Below are positions 11,586-25,619 of a stretch of DNA of 64,000 nucleotides, piece after piece. Location: the NCBI GenBank assembly GCA_951406725.2, contig OX597836.1:12152001-12216000 (forward strand), written 5' to 3'. Below the pieces are notes generated by a model, which ran no database searches, was not told where the DNA came from, and saw only the letters and a program-made list of their open reading frames with translations. Origin of the DNA: Octopus vulgaris (taxonomy: Eukaryota). How positions within the stretch are numbered: position 1 is the stretch's first letter; every line of letters begins with the position of its first letter. The translations under genes and the position numbers were made by a program.

Positions 11586-11726
11586 TAAGGTTGTCCCAAA
11601 AGTTCGTAGAAAGTCTTGGAAAATAATGGTCTTTATTTTGAGGAATAATTTTTGTTGTTTTTGTTAGTACTTGGCGAGTAAAAATTCAATTTTCGCAAGT
11701 GTTTACGAACTTTTGGGACAACCTAA
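11586..11726. mobile_element. Mariner-type MITE (~140 bp)
   Basis: Perfect 21-bp TIR AGGTTGTCCCAAAAGTTCGTA (11588-11608) / TACGAACTTTTGGGACAACCT (11704-11724); TA at the left flank. Confidence 0.85.
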
Positions 11727-11830
11727 TGTTATGACCATCTTTACCACCATCACCACCACCGCCACCTGCACAATCATCATCATCATCAACATCATTTACA
11801 TTGTCATCGCCACTGTCATAATCATCAGTG

Positions 11831-11863
<33 letters not shown>

Positions 11864-12090
11864 TAATCCCAACCTCACTTTTCATCTTTCTGTGGTCAAT
11901 ATAACACCTACCAGACATGTAACAATATCTGTCTAATTGACTATGCAAATTCGTGGCCTGGTGCCAGTGATCAAAATACACATTAGGAAACTAGGCTTCG
12001 TTCAGATGAAAGGCTGAAGTTGTTTTCTTTTCTGTTTTGTTTTTATTATTTTTTACTTGTTCTGTATTCCTTGACATACATACATACATC

Positions 12091-12130
<40 letters not shown>

Positions 12131-12467
12131 ACATATCATCATCATCATTGTTTAACACCTATCTTCCATGTTGGCATGGGCTGGAATATATTACACAGAC
12201 TATGTATATGTATATATGCATATAAGAAGGGATGACCACTAAGTGGACATCCAATATGCTAGAAATAGATCACCTACGATCTAAATGCAAAAAAAAGAAT
12301 GTTCTCTAGAAAAATTCAGCAAACACCCTTCTTATATGCATGTAATACAATTTTTCTTAATTTTCAGATTTTCCTATATGCTAGGCCACTGGTTTTAAAT
12401 TGATGTTAATTAAATTAATATTCAATTTATCACCCTCATTATTTAAATGTATGTGTGTGTATATATG

Positions 12468-12511
<44 letters not shown>

Positions 12512-12924
12512 TATATATAATGTATATATACATAACAGACAGTTACAATAAATATGGAGTTCAGTACGTCTACATATTTATTATAATTCTCTTGGACTTC
12601 AGCTCCTGAAAATATTCATAATTCAGAGAAGCAAACCCAGGATTTACCAATTTGATAAAATTACAGTGGGATTTCTGACCCTCAGTAACCCTAAGTGCTC
12701 CTTACAACTCGATGCTATTAGCCGGATTATAACTACATGTTCATACAGTACCTGCCTTCGAAACACGCATTGAGTCGAACCAGGGGCAGCTGATGAAGGG
12801 GAATATTCCTTGTATTGTTTGTCCTGTACTCTGTTTTTTCGTTGTTAAAAAAAGTCCGTTTCCTAGTTTGTTTTTATGTTTTTCGTTTCTCATTGAGTTC
12901 TACGTTTATTTGTGGTGTCCTGTA

Positions 12925-12958
<34 letters not shown>

Positions 12959-13483
12959 TGTATATATACATGTAGATGTAGGTACATACATATATGTATG
13001 TATGTATGCATATATTTTATTTATTAAATTATTATATATATCTCCAAAAAAGTTAGGGGTTGTGAATCCAACCCACTGATTTCAACACCGCTTATACGCA
13101 TACCATTATGTAAAAAACAAAAGAACAAAATAACATTCTACATAATAGTCTTTTCCTTGCATTGTCGAAAACCAAAACAGCATTAAAGTTAGATGAGTCA
13201 ACCTCCCTGGTCAACCAAGAAGCACATTTGCTGGCAAGCAATCTGACAAGGAAGTTTCTATTCTGGTGGTTGACACCCTCTCCCATGGGTGAAAGTTCGC
13301 CCACAATTTCATATGAAACCTTTGACAAATCGTCTAAAAATCCAGGGGTGGGGTGATGGTGAGTAAAAATTAAAAAGAAAATTAAAAATAAAAACTGTTT
13401 AAATCTTAAGACCAAGGCAGTAATTTAATACAAGTTAATATAATTTACATACTCAATCACATAAACATACACACATGCATATA

Positions 13484-13530
<47 letters not shown>

Positions 13531-13800
13531 GTATAAATCTCTGTTGATTCAACAAGAAGCGATAGATTACAAAATTTTAAATATAGAGTGTTCTTTAAAT
13601 ATATTTAAGTGAAAGGTTCATAGATGTAGTTCACTCAGTTTCAGGCATTTCTGTTTAAAAAATAAGTTTCAAACAACAGATAATTTAAGAGAAAATATGA
13701 TTGGATTACCAGCGAGAATGATTGGGAATGTGAAACTTGGAGAACTGGAATTAGCTGGAATGAGAGCCTTTCAGTTATATATATATATATGTATGTATAT

Positions 13801-13934
13801 ATTGGGTGATTCAAAAGTCGCCATACGTAAGAACAATTTATTTTGTTATAAGAAACAGTTTTTTTTTGTTTTTTATTTAACTGTTTCTTTTAGAAAAATA
13901 GATTTTTCCTATGTATGGTGACTTTTGAATCACC

Positions 13935-13938
<4 letters not shown>
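13801..13938. mobile_element. Palindromic Tc1/mariner-type MITE inside (TA)n
   Basis: Arms of ~60 bp (gggtgattcaaaagtcgccatacg...aagaaacagtt / aactgtttct...tatggtgacttttgaatcaccc) around a T-rich loop. Confidence 0.85.
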
Positions 13939-14007
<69 letters not shown>

Positions 14008-14129
14008 CATACACACACATAAATAAATGTATACACCCATAGAAAGGAGACGTGTGTGTGTGTATATATATATAAATTTGTATATACATATGTGTATATA
14101 TATATATATATGTAAATGTGTATCTGTAC

Positions 14130-14173
<44 letters not shown>

Positions 14174-14177
14174 TGAA

Positions 14178-14335
14178 TAGACTTCCACATAGTTTCAATC
14201 TACTCAAATCTACTCAGAAGGCTTTGTTTGGCCCAAGCCTTGTAATTAATACAGGAAACTTGTCCACGGTGCCATGTAGCAGAACTGAACCCAGAACCAC
14301 ATGGTTGGTAAGCAAACTTCTTAACCACGCACCCA
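14178..14335 (-). mobile_element. SINE family A, 5' half
   Basis: Homologous to other copies (actgaacccagaaccacatggttggtaagcaa). Confidence 0.7.
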
Positions 14336-14980
14336 CAGAAAACAGAAATAAATGAATACGATAAAAACAGAATAGAGAAGATGCTTGTCGTCTGAACTCC
14401 TTCTATCATAGACCTATCTACCAGAAATGGACTGGACTCGGAAACGCCCTGCCCCCTACCTAAAGAAACAAAAATAAACAACAAAACTCTGGAATGACAA
14501 CAAAGGACCATCTCTGTCTCTCGCTCTCTCTCTGTCTCTCACACACACACACACAAGAAAAAACTGTTGACAGTATTACAAAGATGTGTCTTTTCTTAAA
14601 GGAGCAAATTTTTGTCTTTCCAAAATAATTTCCCAAGGAATTACTTCGGAACAATTCTGTCCATTTTTTTTTTTTTTTATTCTGCTGTTCTTGTTTCTTT
14701 TCTCACTGTACTTACTACAAGAAAATCGTTCCTTCTTCTCCACATTCTCTACATCTGCTGCTGATATTGTTGTTGTTGTTGTTGTTGTTGTTGCTAAAAT
14801 TTTCCTGTTTTTTTTAAAATTTATTTTGTATGTTGTCTTTTTATGTCGCAACTTTTTGTTAAACTGTTTTTTTTTTTAAAAACTTCATTTGTACTGAGGT
14901 AAAATTTACATAACTTGATAAATTTTGAATTGCATTTTGTTAAATTATAAATAAAAAAATCTCCTACCCATTTATTATTA

Positions 14981-15033
<53 letters not shown>

Positions 15034-15525
15034 GTTATTATTATTATATGTCTATTTATTTATTTCATAATATATTTTCTTTTAAATTATCAACTTTTTA
15101 GCCTTCTCTGTTAGTATATTCATAGCATCACATCAAGATATTATATTAGATTAAAAATTTTATACATTTATATATTTATATTTGTATGTATATATATATA
15201 TGTGTGTCCATATGTGTGTGTGTGTGTGTTTATATATACATGTGTGTTGTGTGTGTGACAGGAATTTTTTCTTTTACATTTTTAATAAATTCAATTTCAA
15301 ACTAAATTTAAGAATGTAATAATATTCTCCATCTTTCGTTCATTCTTTCGTTCTTTCTTTCTTTCTTTTTGTTTTTTCTCTTCGATTCTATACCGGAAAT
15401 ATAGGAAGACAAATTTAGAAATACACACATGCATTGTATCTCACATATCTATCTATCTATCTATATATATATATTATATATATATATATCTTTCTGTCAG
15501 TCAATCTCTCTATCTATCTATCTAT

Positions 15526-15890
15526 GGTTCCGTGTTCAGTCCCACTGCGTGGCATCTTGGGCAAGTGTCTTCTGCTATAGCCCCGGGCTGACCAATGCCT
15601 TGTGAGTGGATTTGGTAGACGGAAACTGAAAGAAGCCTGTCGTATATATGTATATATATATATATGTATGTGTGTTTGTGTGTCTGTGTTTGTCCCCCTA
15701 GCATTGCTTGACAACCGATGCTGGTGTGTTTACGTCCCCGTCACCTAGCGGTTCGGCAAAAAGAGACCGATAGAATAAGTACTGGGCTTACAAAGAATAA
15801 GTCCCGGGGTCAATTTGCTCGACTAAAGGCGGTGCTCCAGCATGGCCGCAGTCAAATGACTGAAACAAGTAAGAGAAAAAAGAGAAAGAG
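15526..15890 (+). mobile_element. SINE family A, 5'-truncated, flanked by a long direct duplication
   Basis: Highly similar to 32181-32570; tatatctttctgtcagtcaatctctctatc on both sides. Confidence 0.92.
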
Positions 15891-15959
15891 ATATATATAT
15901 CTTTCTGTCAGTCAATCTCTCTATCTATCTATCTATCTATCTATCTGTTCGTCTGTCTG

Positions 15960-16020
<61 letters not shown>

Positions 16021-16033
16021 GTCTGTCAGTCAA

Positions 16034-16064
<31 letters not shown>

Positions 16065-16167
16065 GTATGTATATATCTATCTGTTTACCTATATCTATCT
16101 ATATCTATTTTTCTGTCTATCTATTTATCTGTATGTCTATCCGTCTACCTATATGTCTCTGTCTGTG

Positions 16168-16221
<54 letters not shown>

Positions 16222-16292
16222 CTATGTATGTGCCTATGTATTTATAGACATACCTCAATTTATCCATCCATCCACCAATCTATCCCTTTATC

Positions 16293-16513
16293 TGGCAGAA
16301 ATGTTAGCACGCCAGGCGAAATGCGTAGCCGTATTTCGTCTGTCATTACGTTCCGAGTTCAAATTCCGCCGAGGTCGACTTTGCCTTTCATCCTTTCAGG
16401 GTTGATTAGATAAGTACCAGTTATGCACAGGGGTCGATATAATCGACTTAATCCGTTTGTCTGTCCTTGTTTGTCCCCTCTGTGTTTATCCCCTTGTGGG
16501 TAATAAAGAAATA
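16293..16513 (+). mobile_element. SINE family B with 12-bp TSD
   Basis: TATCCCTTTATC at 16281-16292 and 16514-16525; body matches the 10721 copy. Confidence 0.92.
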
Positions 16514-17313
16514 TATCCCTTTATCAATAGATGGATAGATAGATAGATAGACGGACAGACAGACAGGTAGAAAGAAACAAACAAACACAGCTCAGTTTCT
16601 GTTTGGGCGTTGTTGGAGAGTCTATATTTGTATTCTTGGTGACAGCTTGTCCGTCTGCCTCTGTGATTCCTGTTTGAATTTCCAAAATCCCTGGTCACAC
16701 TTTCTTTGGTGAAACTCAAATAACCAACCCTAATAGGAATAACATTTATGCCACTTCCTCTGACACTCAATCCTTTCTGTTGTCCCCAATGCCTTTAAAC
16801 TACCTCCTCTTTCTTCTTCCTCTTTCTTCTTCTTCTTCTTCTTCTTCTTCTTCTTCTTCTTCTTCTTCTTCTTCTTCTTCTTCTTCTACTTCTTACTTTC
16901 TCTTCTCCTTCTTCTTCTTCTTCCTTTCTCTCCTTCAAACTCCCCCTTCTCTTCCTCCTCCTACTTCTCTGCAAAACACCATCCTCTCTGTCCCTCAATT
17001 ACTCTTTCATCATGCCGCCTCTCCCCCTATCTCTCTCTCTTTCTCCTTTCTCCCTCTGTCTTCTCTCTTTCTCTCTCTCTCTCTCTCTCCCCAGCTCTTA
17101 TTCCATAAATGGTTTCCTGCAACTCAGAATTATTTCATTGCCATAATAAACCATATTTAAAAACTTTTGCTTTCAAGTTGAATTTTTTTTTATTGCCACT
17201 TGATGTTTTATTGTTAACAGGTTATTTTGGTGGGGTGGAGGTGGGGTGCTGATGGCGGTGGAGGAGCAGAAAATGAAGATATCAGTTTGTTCTTCCCCAC
17301 CCCCACCCCCACT

Positions 17314-17770
17314 CGAACTGGCAGAAACGTTGGCACCCTGGGCAAAATGCTTAGTTGCATTTCGTCTGTCTTCACATTATGTGTTCAAATTCAACAAAGG
17401 TGCAAGAGTGGCTGTGTGTTAAGTAGCTTGCTTACCAACCACATGGTCCTGGGTTCAGTCCCACTGCGTGGAACCTTGAGCAGGTGGATTTGGTAGACGG
17501 AAACTGGAAGAAGCCCGTTGTATATGTTTGTGTGTCTGTGTTTGTTCCCCCAACATTGCTTGACAACCAATGCTGGTGTGTTTATGTCCCTGTAACTTAG
17601 CGGTTTGGCAAAAGTGACCAATAAAATAAGTACTAGGCTTACAAAGTATAAGCTCTGGGGTTGATTTGTTCAATTAAGGGCTGACACAAGTAAAAGAATA
17701 AAGGTCGATTATGTTCTTCATCAACTTACTCCCTCCCCAGAAATTAATGGCCCTGTGCCAAAATTTGAAA
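17314..17770 (+). mobile_element. SINE family B interrupted by an internally deleted SINE family A (about 17399-17700)
   Basis: B head ends at ...ttcaaattcaacaaagg and resumes at aaaggtcgat; A sequence lies between. Confidence 0.8.
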
Positions 17771-17969
17771 CGGATACTTAAGGTGGTGAGCTGGCAGAGT
17801 TGTTAGTGTATTGGGCGACAGGTTTAGCAGCTTTTCATCAAAGTCTGCTTATGGCTGACATCATATTGATAATGTTCTCTTTTAACATTCGCATTTGGTA
17901 AGGCAACGAGCTGGCAGAATCCCTTACAAACTGGGTGAAATGCTTAGTGACATTTGATCTATCTTCATG

Positions 17970-18130
17970 TTTGCCATCGCCATCGCTTAATCTCCACCTT
18001 CCATGCTGGCATGGGTTACACTGTTTGATAGTGAGCTGGCTAGAAGGGAGCTGTCCAGATTCCAACTGTCTTTTGGGGCATGGTTTCTACAGCTGGATAC
18101 CCTTCCAAATGCTCACCTCTTCACAGAGTG
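17970..18130 (-). mobile_element. RTE LINE 3' UTR fragment
   Basis: ttccatgctggcatgggtt...gtttctacagctggatacccttcc, same as the 3' UTR at 26139-26418. Confidence 0.75.
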
Positions 18131-18139
18131 GGCGGGGAC

Positions 18140-18306
18140 TAGTCGATTACATCAACCCCAGTGTTTCACTGGTACTTAATCTGTCAACCTCAAAAGGATG
18201 AAAGGCAAAGTCGACCTCGGTGGAATTTGAACTCAGAACGTAGTGAAGGGTGAAATATCACTAAGCATTTCGTCCAGAGTGCTAACGATTCTGCCAGCTT
18301 GCCACC

Positions 18307-18307
<1 letters not shown>
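18140..18307 (-). mobile_element. SINE family B
   Basis: ggatgaaaggcaaagtcgacctcgg...ttctgccagcttgccacc. Confidence 0.85.
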
Positions 18308-18341
<34 letters not shown>

Positions 18342-18357
18342 CATTAATAATAATAAG

Positions 18358-18454
18358 AATAACACCAAGACAAACTTCCAACTTGTTGTCTCTTGAGGTC
18401 TCTGGGTGAGACTTGGACCCAGCTTGTGCAAATGTAAAGCAAAAGTCAAACATA

Positions 18455-18460
<6 letters not shown>
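18358..18460 (+). mobile_element. Putative LINE 3' UTR fragment embedded in (TAA)n
   Basis: Complex ~100-bp island flanked by (TAA)n and ending ...gaataataa, like the LINE ends at 20.7-21.3 kb. Confidence 0.45.
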
Positions 18461-18491
<31 letters not shown>

Positions 18492-18549
18492 TTTGGTGGA
18501 TCAATTGAGTAATCATGGTAAAAATGCAGTTGGTTAGTCTCTTTCTGTT

Positions 18550-18585
<36 letters not shown>

Positions 18586-19215
18586 AATGCAATGGGAACA
18601 GTTGCATTGGAAGAAACAAATACTCTGTGTGTGTGTGTATGTGTGCAAAGAAAGAGAGAGATTTTGTAATACGTAGTGCAATATGCAAAATGCAAGAGAT
18701 ATTTTAGTCGCCATTCTCAAATATCCACACTTAAGAACCATTTAGAAATAAGAACCAAACCCAAAAAATGCAACTCAATGCCAAATGTTCCAAACAATGC
18801 AAAGCAAAAAAAAAAAAAATTTACTATTCACATCAGGAAAAAAATAAACGACTTCTAAAATACTATTAACAACAACAACAACAACAATAATAATAGTAAT
18901 AATAATATTAATAATAATAATAATAATAATAACGTTAATAAACTGTAAAATTAACGTAGGCATATTTCGAATTTCTGCTGAAGCAATACAATCTATTCTC
19001 AATAACAGGAACTATGGAAAGAATTGCACCAACAATGATCCAAGGAGGAAATTTCTAAATGGCTTGACCTGGTTGAAACAATAATTGCTAAATCCACCTC
19101 GAGTTACACCCCACCATTGTTAATCCCTTTTGTTATGGTATTCATGTTGAAATGTCGTTTGGAGCTTAACTTAACACGAGATTTTTATGGAGGGTTTTGC
19201 TGTAGATCACTTTAA

Positions 19216-19538
19216 CCATTTATCATTGGAACCGACCATATCTGGCTAAAATATTTTACCTGTTTGATGTGTAAGTCAGCTAGATCCAGCCTCTCACACC
19301 TACTCTATAATGCTCTAAAACTAAACAGTCACATCATCGAAATCTCTAAACTACAAGATAATGCACGATTAATTAGACTGCTCGCTTAGCCAGCAGGGAA
19401 GCGCATTGTGACCAGCGATATGTAGCAACATCTGATAGCCTGGTCGGTCACGGTGATCACGGTGATATATATATATATTTCAAAACTATATAAATTAACA
19501 AGCATTTTGTTTGACAGAATGGTCTGAGTACTAAATGG
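19216..19538 (-). mobile_element. piggyBac-like MITE family 1 with TTAA on both sides, carrying a ~100-bp insert
   Basis: TTAA|CCATTTATCATT ... GTACTAAATGG|TTAA; body is the reverse complement of the 43957 copy. Confidence 0.75.
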
Positions 19539-19681
19539 TTAAAACAGGAATTTTGTCTCACAGAACCAAGGCTGGTCTTACACGAGTTTACAGAGAATAT
19601 AGATTAATAGAACCAGATAATATTTAACCATTTTCTTTCCACATTTCTATTTATTTCGATTAATTTGGTAATAGTGAAGAA

Positions 19682-20040
19682 GGTGTAGGAGTGGCTGTGT
19701 GGTAAGTAGCTTGCTTACGAACCGCATGGTTCCAAGTTCAGTCCCACTGCATGGCACCTTGGGCAAGTGTCTCCTACTATAGCCTCAGGCCGACCAAAGC
19801 CTTGTGAGTAGATTTGGTAGACGGAATCTGAAAGAAGCCCATCGTATATATGTATATATGTGTGTGTGTGTGTGTGTGTATGTTTGTGTGTCTGTGTTTG
19901 TGCCCCCAACATCGCTTGACAACCGATGGTGGTGTGTTTACGTCCCCGTAACTTAGCAAAAGAGACCGATAGAATAAGTACTGGGCTTACAGAGAATAAG
20001 CCCTGGGGTTGATTTGCTCAACTAAAGTCGGTGCTCCATC
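19682..20040 (+). mobile_element. SINE family A, nearly full length
   Basis: ggtgtaggagtggctgtgtggtaag...ggcaccttgggcaagtgtc (CORE-like)...ggtgctcca. Confidence 0.92.
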
Positions 20041-20636
20041 TATCATGAAGGTTTCCACAGAACTTCAGCTACCAGTACCTCCTTGTTATGCTAGCAGTGA
20101 CCAATAAACCTCAGCCTCTGCTTTCATATTATCTTTATGATATTTTTTTTTTTTTTATATGATTTCATCCCAAACAAGGTTTGAGGTTATTGTAGCCGTG
20201 TCTCTTCAGCTGATTACAAGATGTATCTCGTTAAAAATAACGACTGTTCCGCAAGATATATCTTCTCGGTTTGTGTATCGAAAAGCAGCAAATTAAAGGA
20301 CACAGCTACATTCATATATATAAGATGAATAACAAAATAACAGATGCAAAAAATAACAAATACATCTGAGGTCTTGAATACTTAAAGAAAAAAAGGAATC
20401 TGGTTCATGTTAGGGCAAGAATGACTTTGATTGTAGGTCTACCTGACCAAGGTAACTTGGGACCAAACAGCAGCAACAACAACAACAAATACTACTACTA
20501 CTACTACTACTAATACCACTACTACTAATAATAATAATAATAATAATAATAATACCACTACTACTGCTACTACTAATAATAATAATAATAATAGTAATAA
20601 TAATAATAATAATACCACTACTGCTACTACTACTAC

Positions 20637-20671
<35 letters not shown>

Positions 20672-20749
20672 TAATAAAAATAATAATAATACTAATAATA
20701 ATAATGATGATAATAATAATAATAATAATAATATTAAAAAAAAGAAATA

Positions 20750-20949
20750 GACAAATACATAACAAAAACACCAGGACTTACAAACACATAACATACAGAG
20801 AATTGCACTACTAGGCACTGCACACATCCTACGCAGAACACTTTCCATACAATAACCATCAGAGCATCACAACAAATCACAGCACATACCTAAGGCACAC
20901 AGAGCTGCGCTTGGTAGTGAAGTGAAAGCACGCTATAAAAATAAAACTA

Positions 20950-20953
<4 letters not shown>
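20750..20953 (+). mobile_element. R4/Dong-like LINE 3' end (ORF C-terminus + 3' UTR) in (TAA)n
   Basis: Translates NIQRIALLGTAHILRRTLSIQ* (stop 20853-20855), the QKxxLLGTAxILR-type C-terminal motif of R4/Dong-clade LINEs. Confidence 0.8.
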
Positions 20954-20991
<38 letters not shown>

Positions 20992-20992
<1 letters not shown>

Positions 20993-21283
20993 TGATAAAA
21001 AAAGGTACCGAAACCTATTTGAAAATGATTCCAGGCTTTCCATCCCTACAGGAAGTGCAAAAAATCATATTAACTGGAACGGCTCATGTACTGAGAAGAG
21101 CACTATCGCTGTGAAAATAACATCCATCCATGAATTTATTTATTTATTAATTTTTAAATACATATTTTATCTGTGAATTTGCGCGTGTAATCTGGGAATG
21201 CATACAATGCCCTTCTCTGCCCTAGGTGTATGGAAAACACTCGGTGAGAAACGGAAGAAAATTTGAAGAAAGAAGGAAAAAAC

Positions 21284-21285
<2 letters not shown>
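20992..21285 (+). mobile_element. Second, distinct R4/Dong-like LINE 3' end in (TAA)n
   Basis: Translates MIKKGTETYLKMIPGFPSLQEVQKIILTGTAHVLRRALSL* (20992-21114); different 3' UTR; (TAA)n on both sides. Confidence 0.8.
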
Positions 21286-21320
<35 letters not shown>

Positions 21321-22154
21321 ACCTACAAGTACAGTAACAGTTTGTTGTGTGTGTATCATGTGCTGTTTTAACCACTGCAAAATAAACGACATAGATTTCG
21401 TTAAAGAACGTAGCCTTTAGAAATATATTCTTCGCTGAAAGAAACCCGAGACGGCGGATGGGTGGGATGGTGTTGTCGGTAGCTGTAAGGGTGGGGGAAG
21501 GTAAATCTCCTCCTCGGTCCCTTGGTGGGGTGGGGAAATTTACATTAATTTAAAAACTTTAAACAACAAAAAAAGAAAAGTAATAACTGCTTTCTGATGT
21601 ATTACTTAACTCACATAGCGATATTTGGACGGGTGGGGACGCACAGACGTGTATGGAAAATCAGTTGCATTGACCCAGTTAACGTTGCTGGTTCGCGACA
21701 TAAACAACAAGGTAACCTCGACTTGATTTGCTAGAATTAGCAGCCATATGACTAGGCAGGAGAGCCTTTATGTGCTTGTGCAACATGTGGCAAATAGAAA
21801 TGTGACAAACCCATGAGAGAGGGTTCTTGTCTGTTCATGGTTGCATGGGCAACTGAAGCAATTAGGGAAAGCACTGCATGCAACTTGGTCATAAGTCACT
21901 TGCAAGTGATGAAGCTATCTGTGAGTGTGTGGTGTTAATAAAAAGGAAGGAAATCCATGTGGTATCTTATGCTTTGTTAAACATATACTTGTTTTGGCAA
22001 CTTCCTGCCAGGATTACATAATTATTTGTTGAAACATTATATAATCTTGTTAAAACACTTCTTCAGTGTTGAGCGTAAAAGACCTGTGTGTGTGTATGAA
22101 TATGTCTTTCTCTGTATGTGTACAGTTGTTTCTGTTTGTTCATGTGCTTTGCTC

Positions 22155-22183
<29 letters not shown>

Positions 22184-22185
<2 letters not shown>

Positions 22186-22465
22186 CATCATCATCATCAT
22201 TTGACATCCAGCTTCCATGTAGTCATGAGTTGGACGGTTTGACAGGAGCTGGCCAGGTAGAAGACTACACCAGGCTACTGTCTCTATTTTGGCAGGGTCC
22301 TTCGCTGTTGGATGTCCTTCCTAACACCAACCACTCTGAGAGTGTAGTGGGTACTTTAACATGCCACCGGCACGAGGGCCAGTCAGGCGGTACTGACAAC
22401 AGCCACTCAAATGGTGTTTCTTATGTGCCACCTGCACAGGAGCCAATCCAGCGGTACTGGCAGGA
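22184..22465 (-). mobile_element. RTE LINE 3' UTR fragment with (GAT)n tail
   Basis: ggatgtccttcctaacaccaaccactc...gtgtagtgggt; tail is (CAT)n on the + strand. Confidence 0.8.
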
Positions 22466-22637
22466 CATCCTTATTGACCTCTACAGATCTTCCAGGATGA
22501 AGCTCATTTTCTAGGCTCTAGCTTCTGACTTGGAGATCCCCTTTCACTGCATTAATATTCCTCGCACTTTCTGTTGCATTGTTGCCTTTATTGAACTCAT
22601 AAAGCAAAATATGCTGAATATGCTCCTTTGTCGCTTC

Positions 22638-22838
22638 CGTGGCACGTAAAAAGCACCCACTACACTCACGGAGTGGTTGGCGTTAGGAAGGGCATCCAGC
22701 CGTAGAAACATTGCCAGATCAAGATTGGAGCCTGGTGCAGCCTTCTGGCTTCACAGACCCCAGATGCACCGTCCAACCCATGCTAGCATGGAAAGCGGAC
22801 GTTAAATGGTGATGATGACGATGATGATGATGATGATT
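22638..22838 (+). mobile_element. RTE LINE 3' UTR fragment with (GAT)n tail
   Basis: ggagtggttggcgttaggaagggcatccagcc...gctagcatggaaagcggacgttaaa(tga)n. Confidence 0.88.
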
Positions 22839-23400
22839 ATAGCTTTGAAAGAATAACTGTTAAAATCGAACTGCACTCTTGAAAACTTGCACTAAGAATA
22901 AGCACAAGGTGAAATTACTACCTGCTTTAATAGCAAGTTGATGCAGGTAGTTTATCCCATACCTCTCTGACTTTTAGTTGATGCAATTGGAAAAACTGCA
23001 TTATTTATGAGATGACCCAATATATTTATGTGTTTCTCTCTCTCTCTGCATCCATATTTTATGTGTACATCTTTTCCTTTGTAGTCATACACATGTTTTT
23101 CCATGTGCTTCTTAGTGTGAATATATGTATAAGATTGTGTGTGTGTGCGTGTGTGTGTGTGTGTGTGTTAAGCTGTTGTTTGTTTACAGTTCACTATGCA
23201 ACTCAGTCCGGGAAATTATTATGCTCTTTGAAGGAAGGACATCCATGCATGGAAAAATATGTGTTCGATGAGGATGATGATGATGATGATGATGATGCTG
23301 ATGATATATACAAAAATGTGGCACTCTGTCGGTTATGACAACAACGGCTCGAGTTGATTCGATCAAAAGGACCACCTGCTCGTAAAATTAACGTGCAAGT

Positions 23401-23690
23401 GGCGAGCTGGCAGAAACGTTAGTGCGCTGGGCGAAATGCATAAAAGTTTTTCCGTTTGTCTTTATGTTTTTGAGTTCAAATTTCACTGAGGTCGACTTTG
23501 ACATACTGATTATTTAATAGGCGCACAAGTGGCTGTGTGGTAAGTAGCTTGGTTACTAACCACATGGTTCTGGGTTCAGACCCACTGTGTGACACCTTGG
23601 GCAAGTGTCTTCTACTTTTGGGCTCACCAAAGCCTTGTGAATGGATTTGGTAGACGGAAACAGAAAGAAGCCTTTTGTATATATATATAT
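23401..23690 (+). mobile_element. SINE family B head (23401-23500) followed by SINE family A 5' half (23519-23690)
   Basis: ggcgagctggcagaaacgttag...; then ggcgcacaagtggctgtgtggtaagtagc... Confidence 0.85.
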
Positions 23691-23907
23691 ATGTATGTAT
23701 ATGTGTGTGCATGTATGATTGTGTGTTGTGTTTGTCAAGCAATGGCTGGAGGACAAACATAGACACAAAAATTTATACATATAACTACTCTCTAATACTG
23801 TACAGTGAGAATGTGTGCTCAACAAAGTGTTGGTGAATAAAATATTCTTTATTTGGGGGTTAGCAAAGCAAGCAGTGGTTTCATGCACAGCAATACTGGT
23901 ACTTGTC

Positions 23908-25619
<1,712 letters not shown>

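Noticed and set aside
12750-12812. GAAAC...GTC...CTGATGA, a possible type II hammerhead
   Set aside because: Stem I cannot form (gaacc vs ggcag) and stem III is mismatched; may belong to a Penelope-like relic but is not supportable as a ribozyme.
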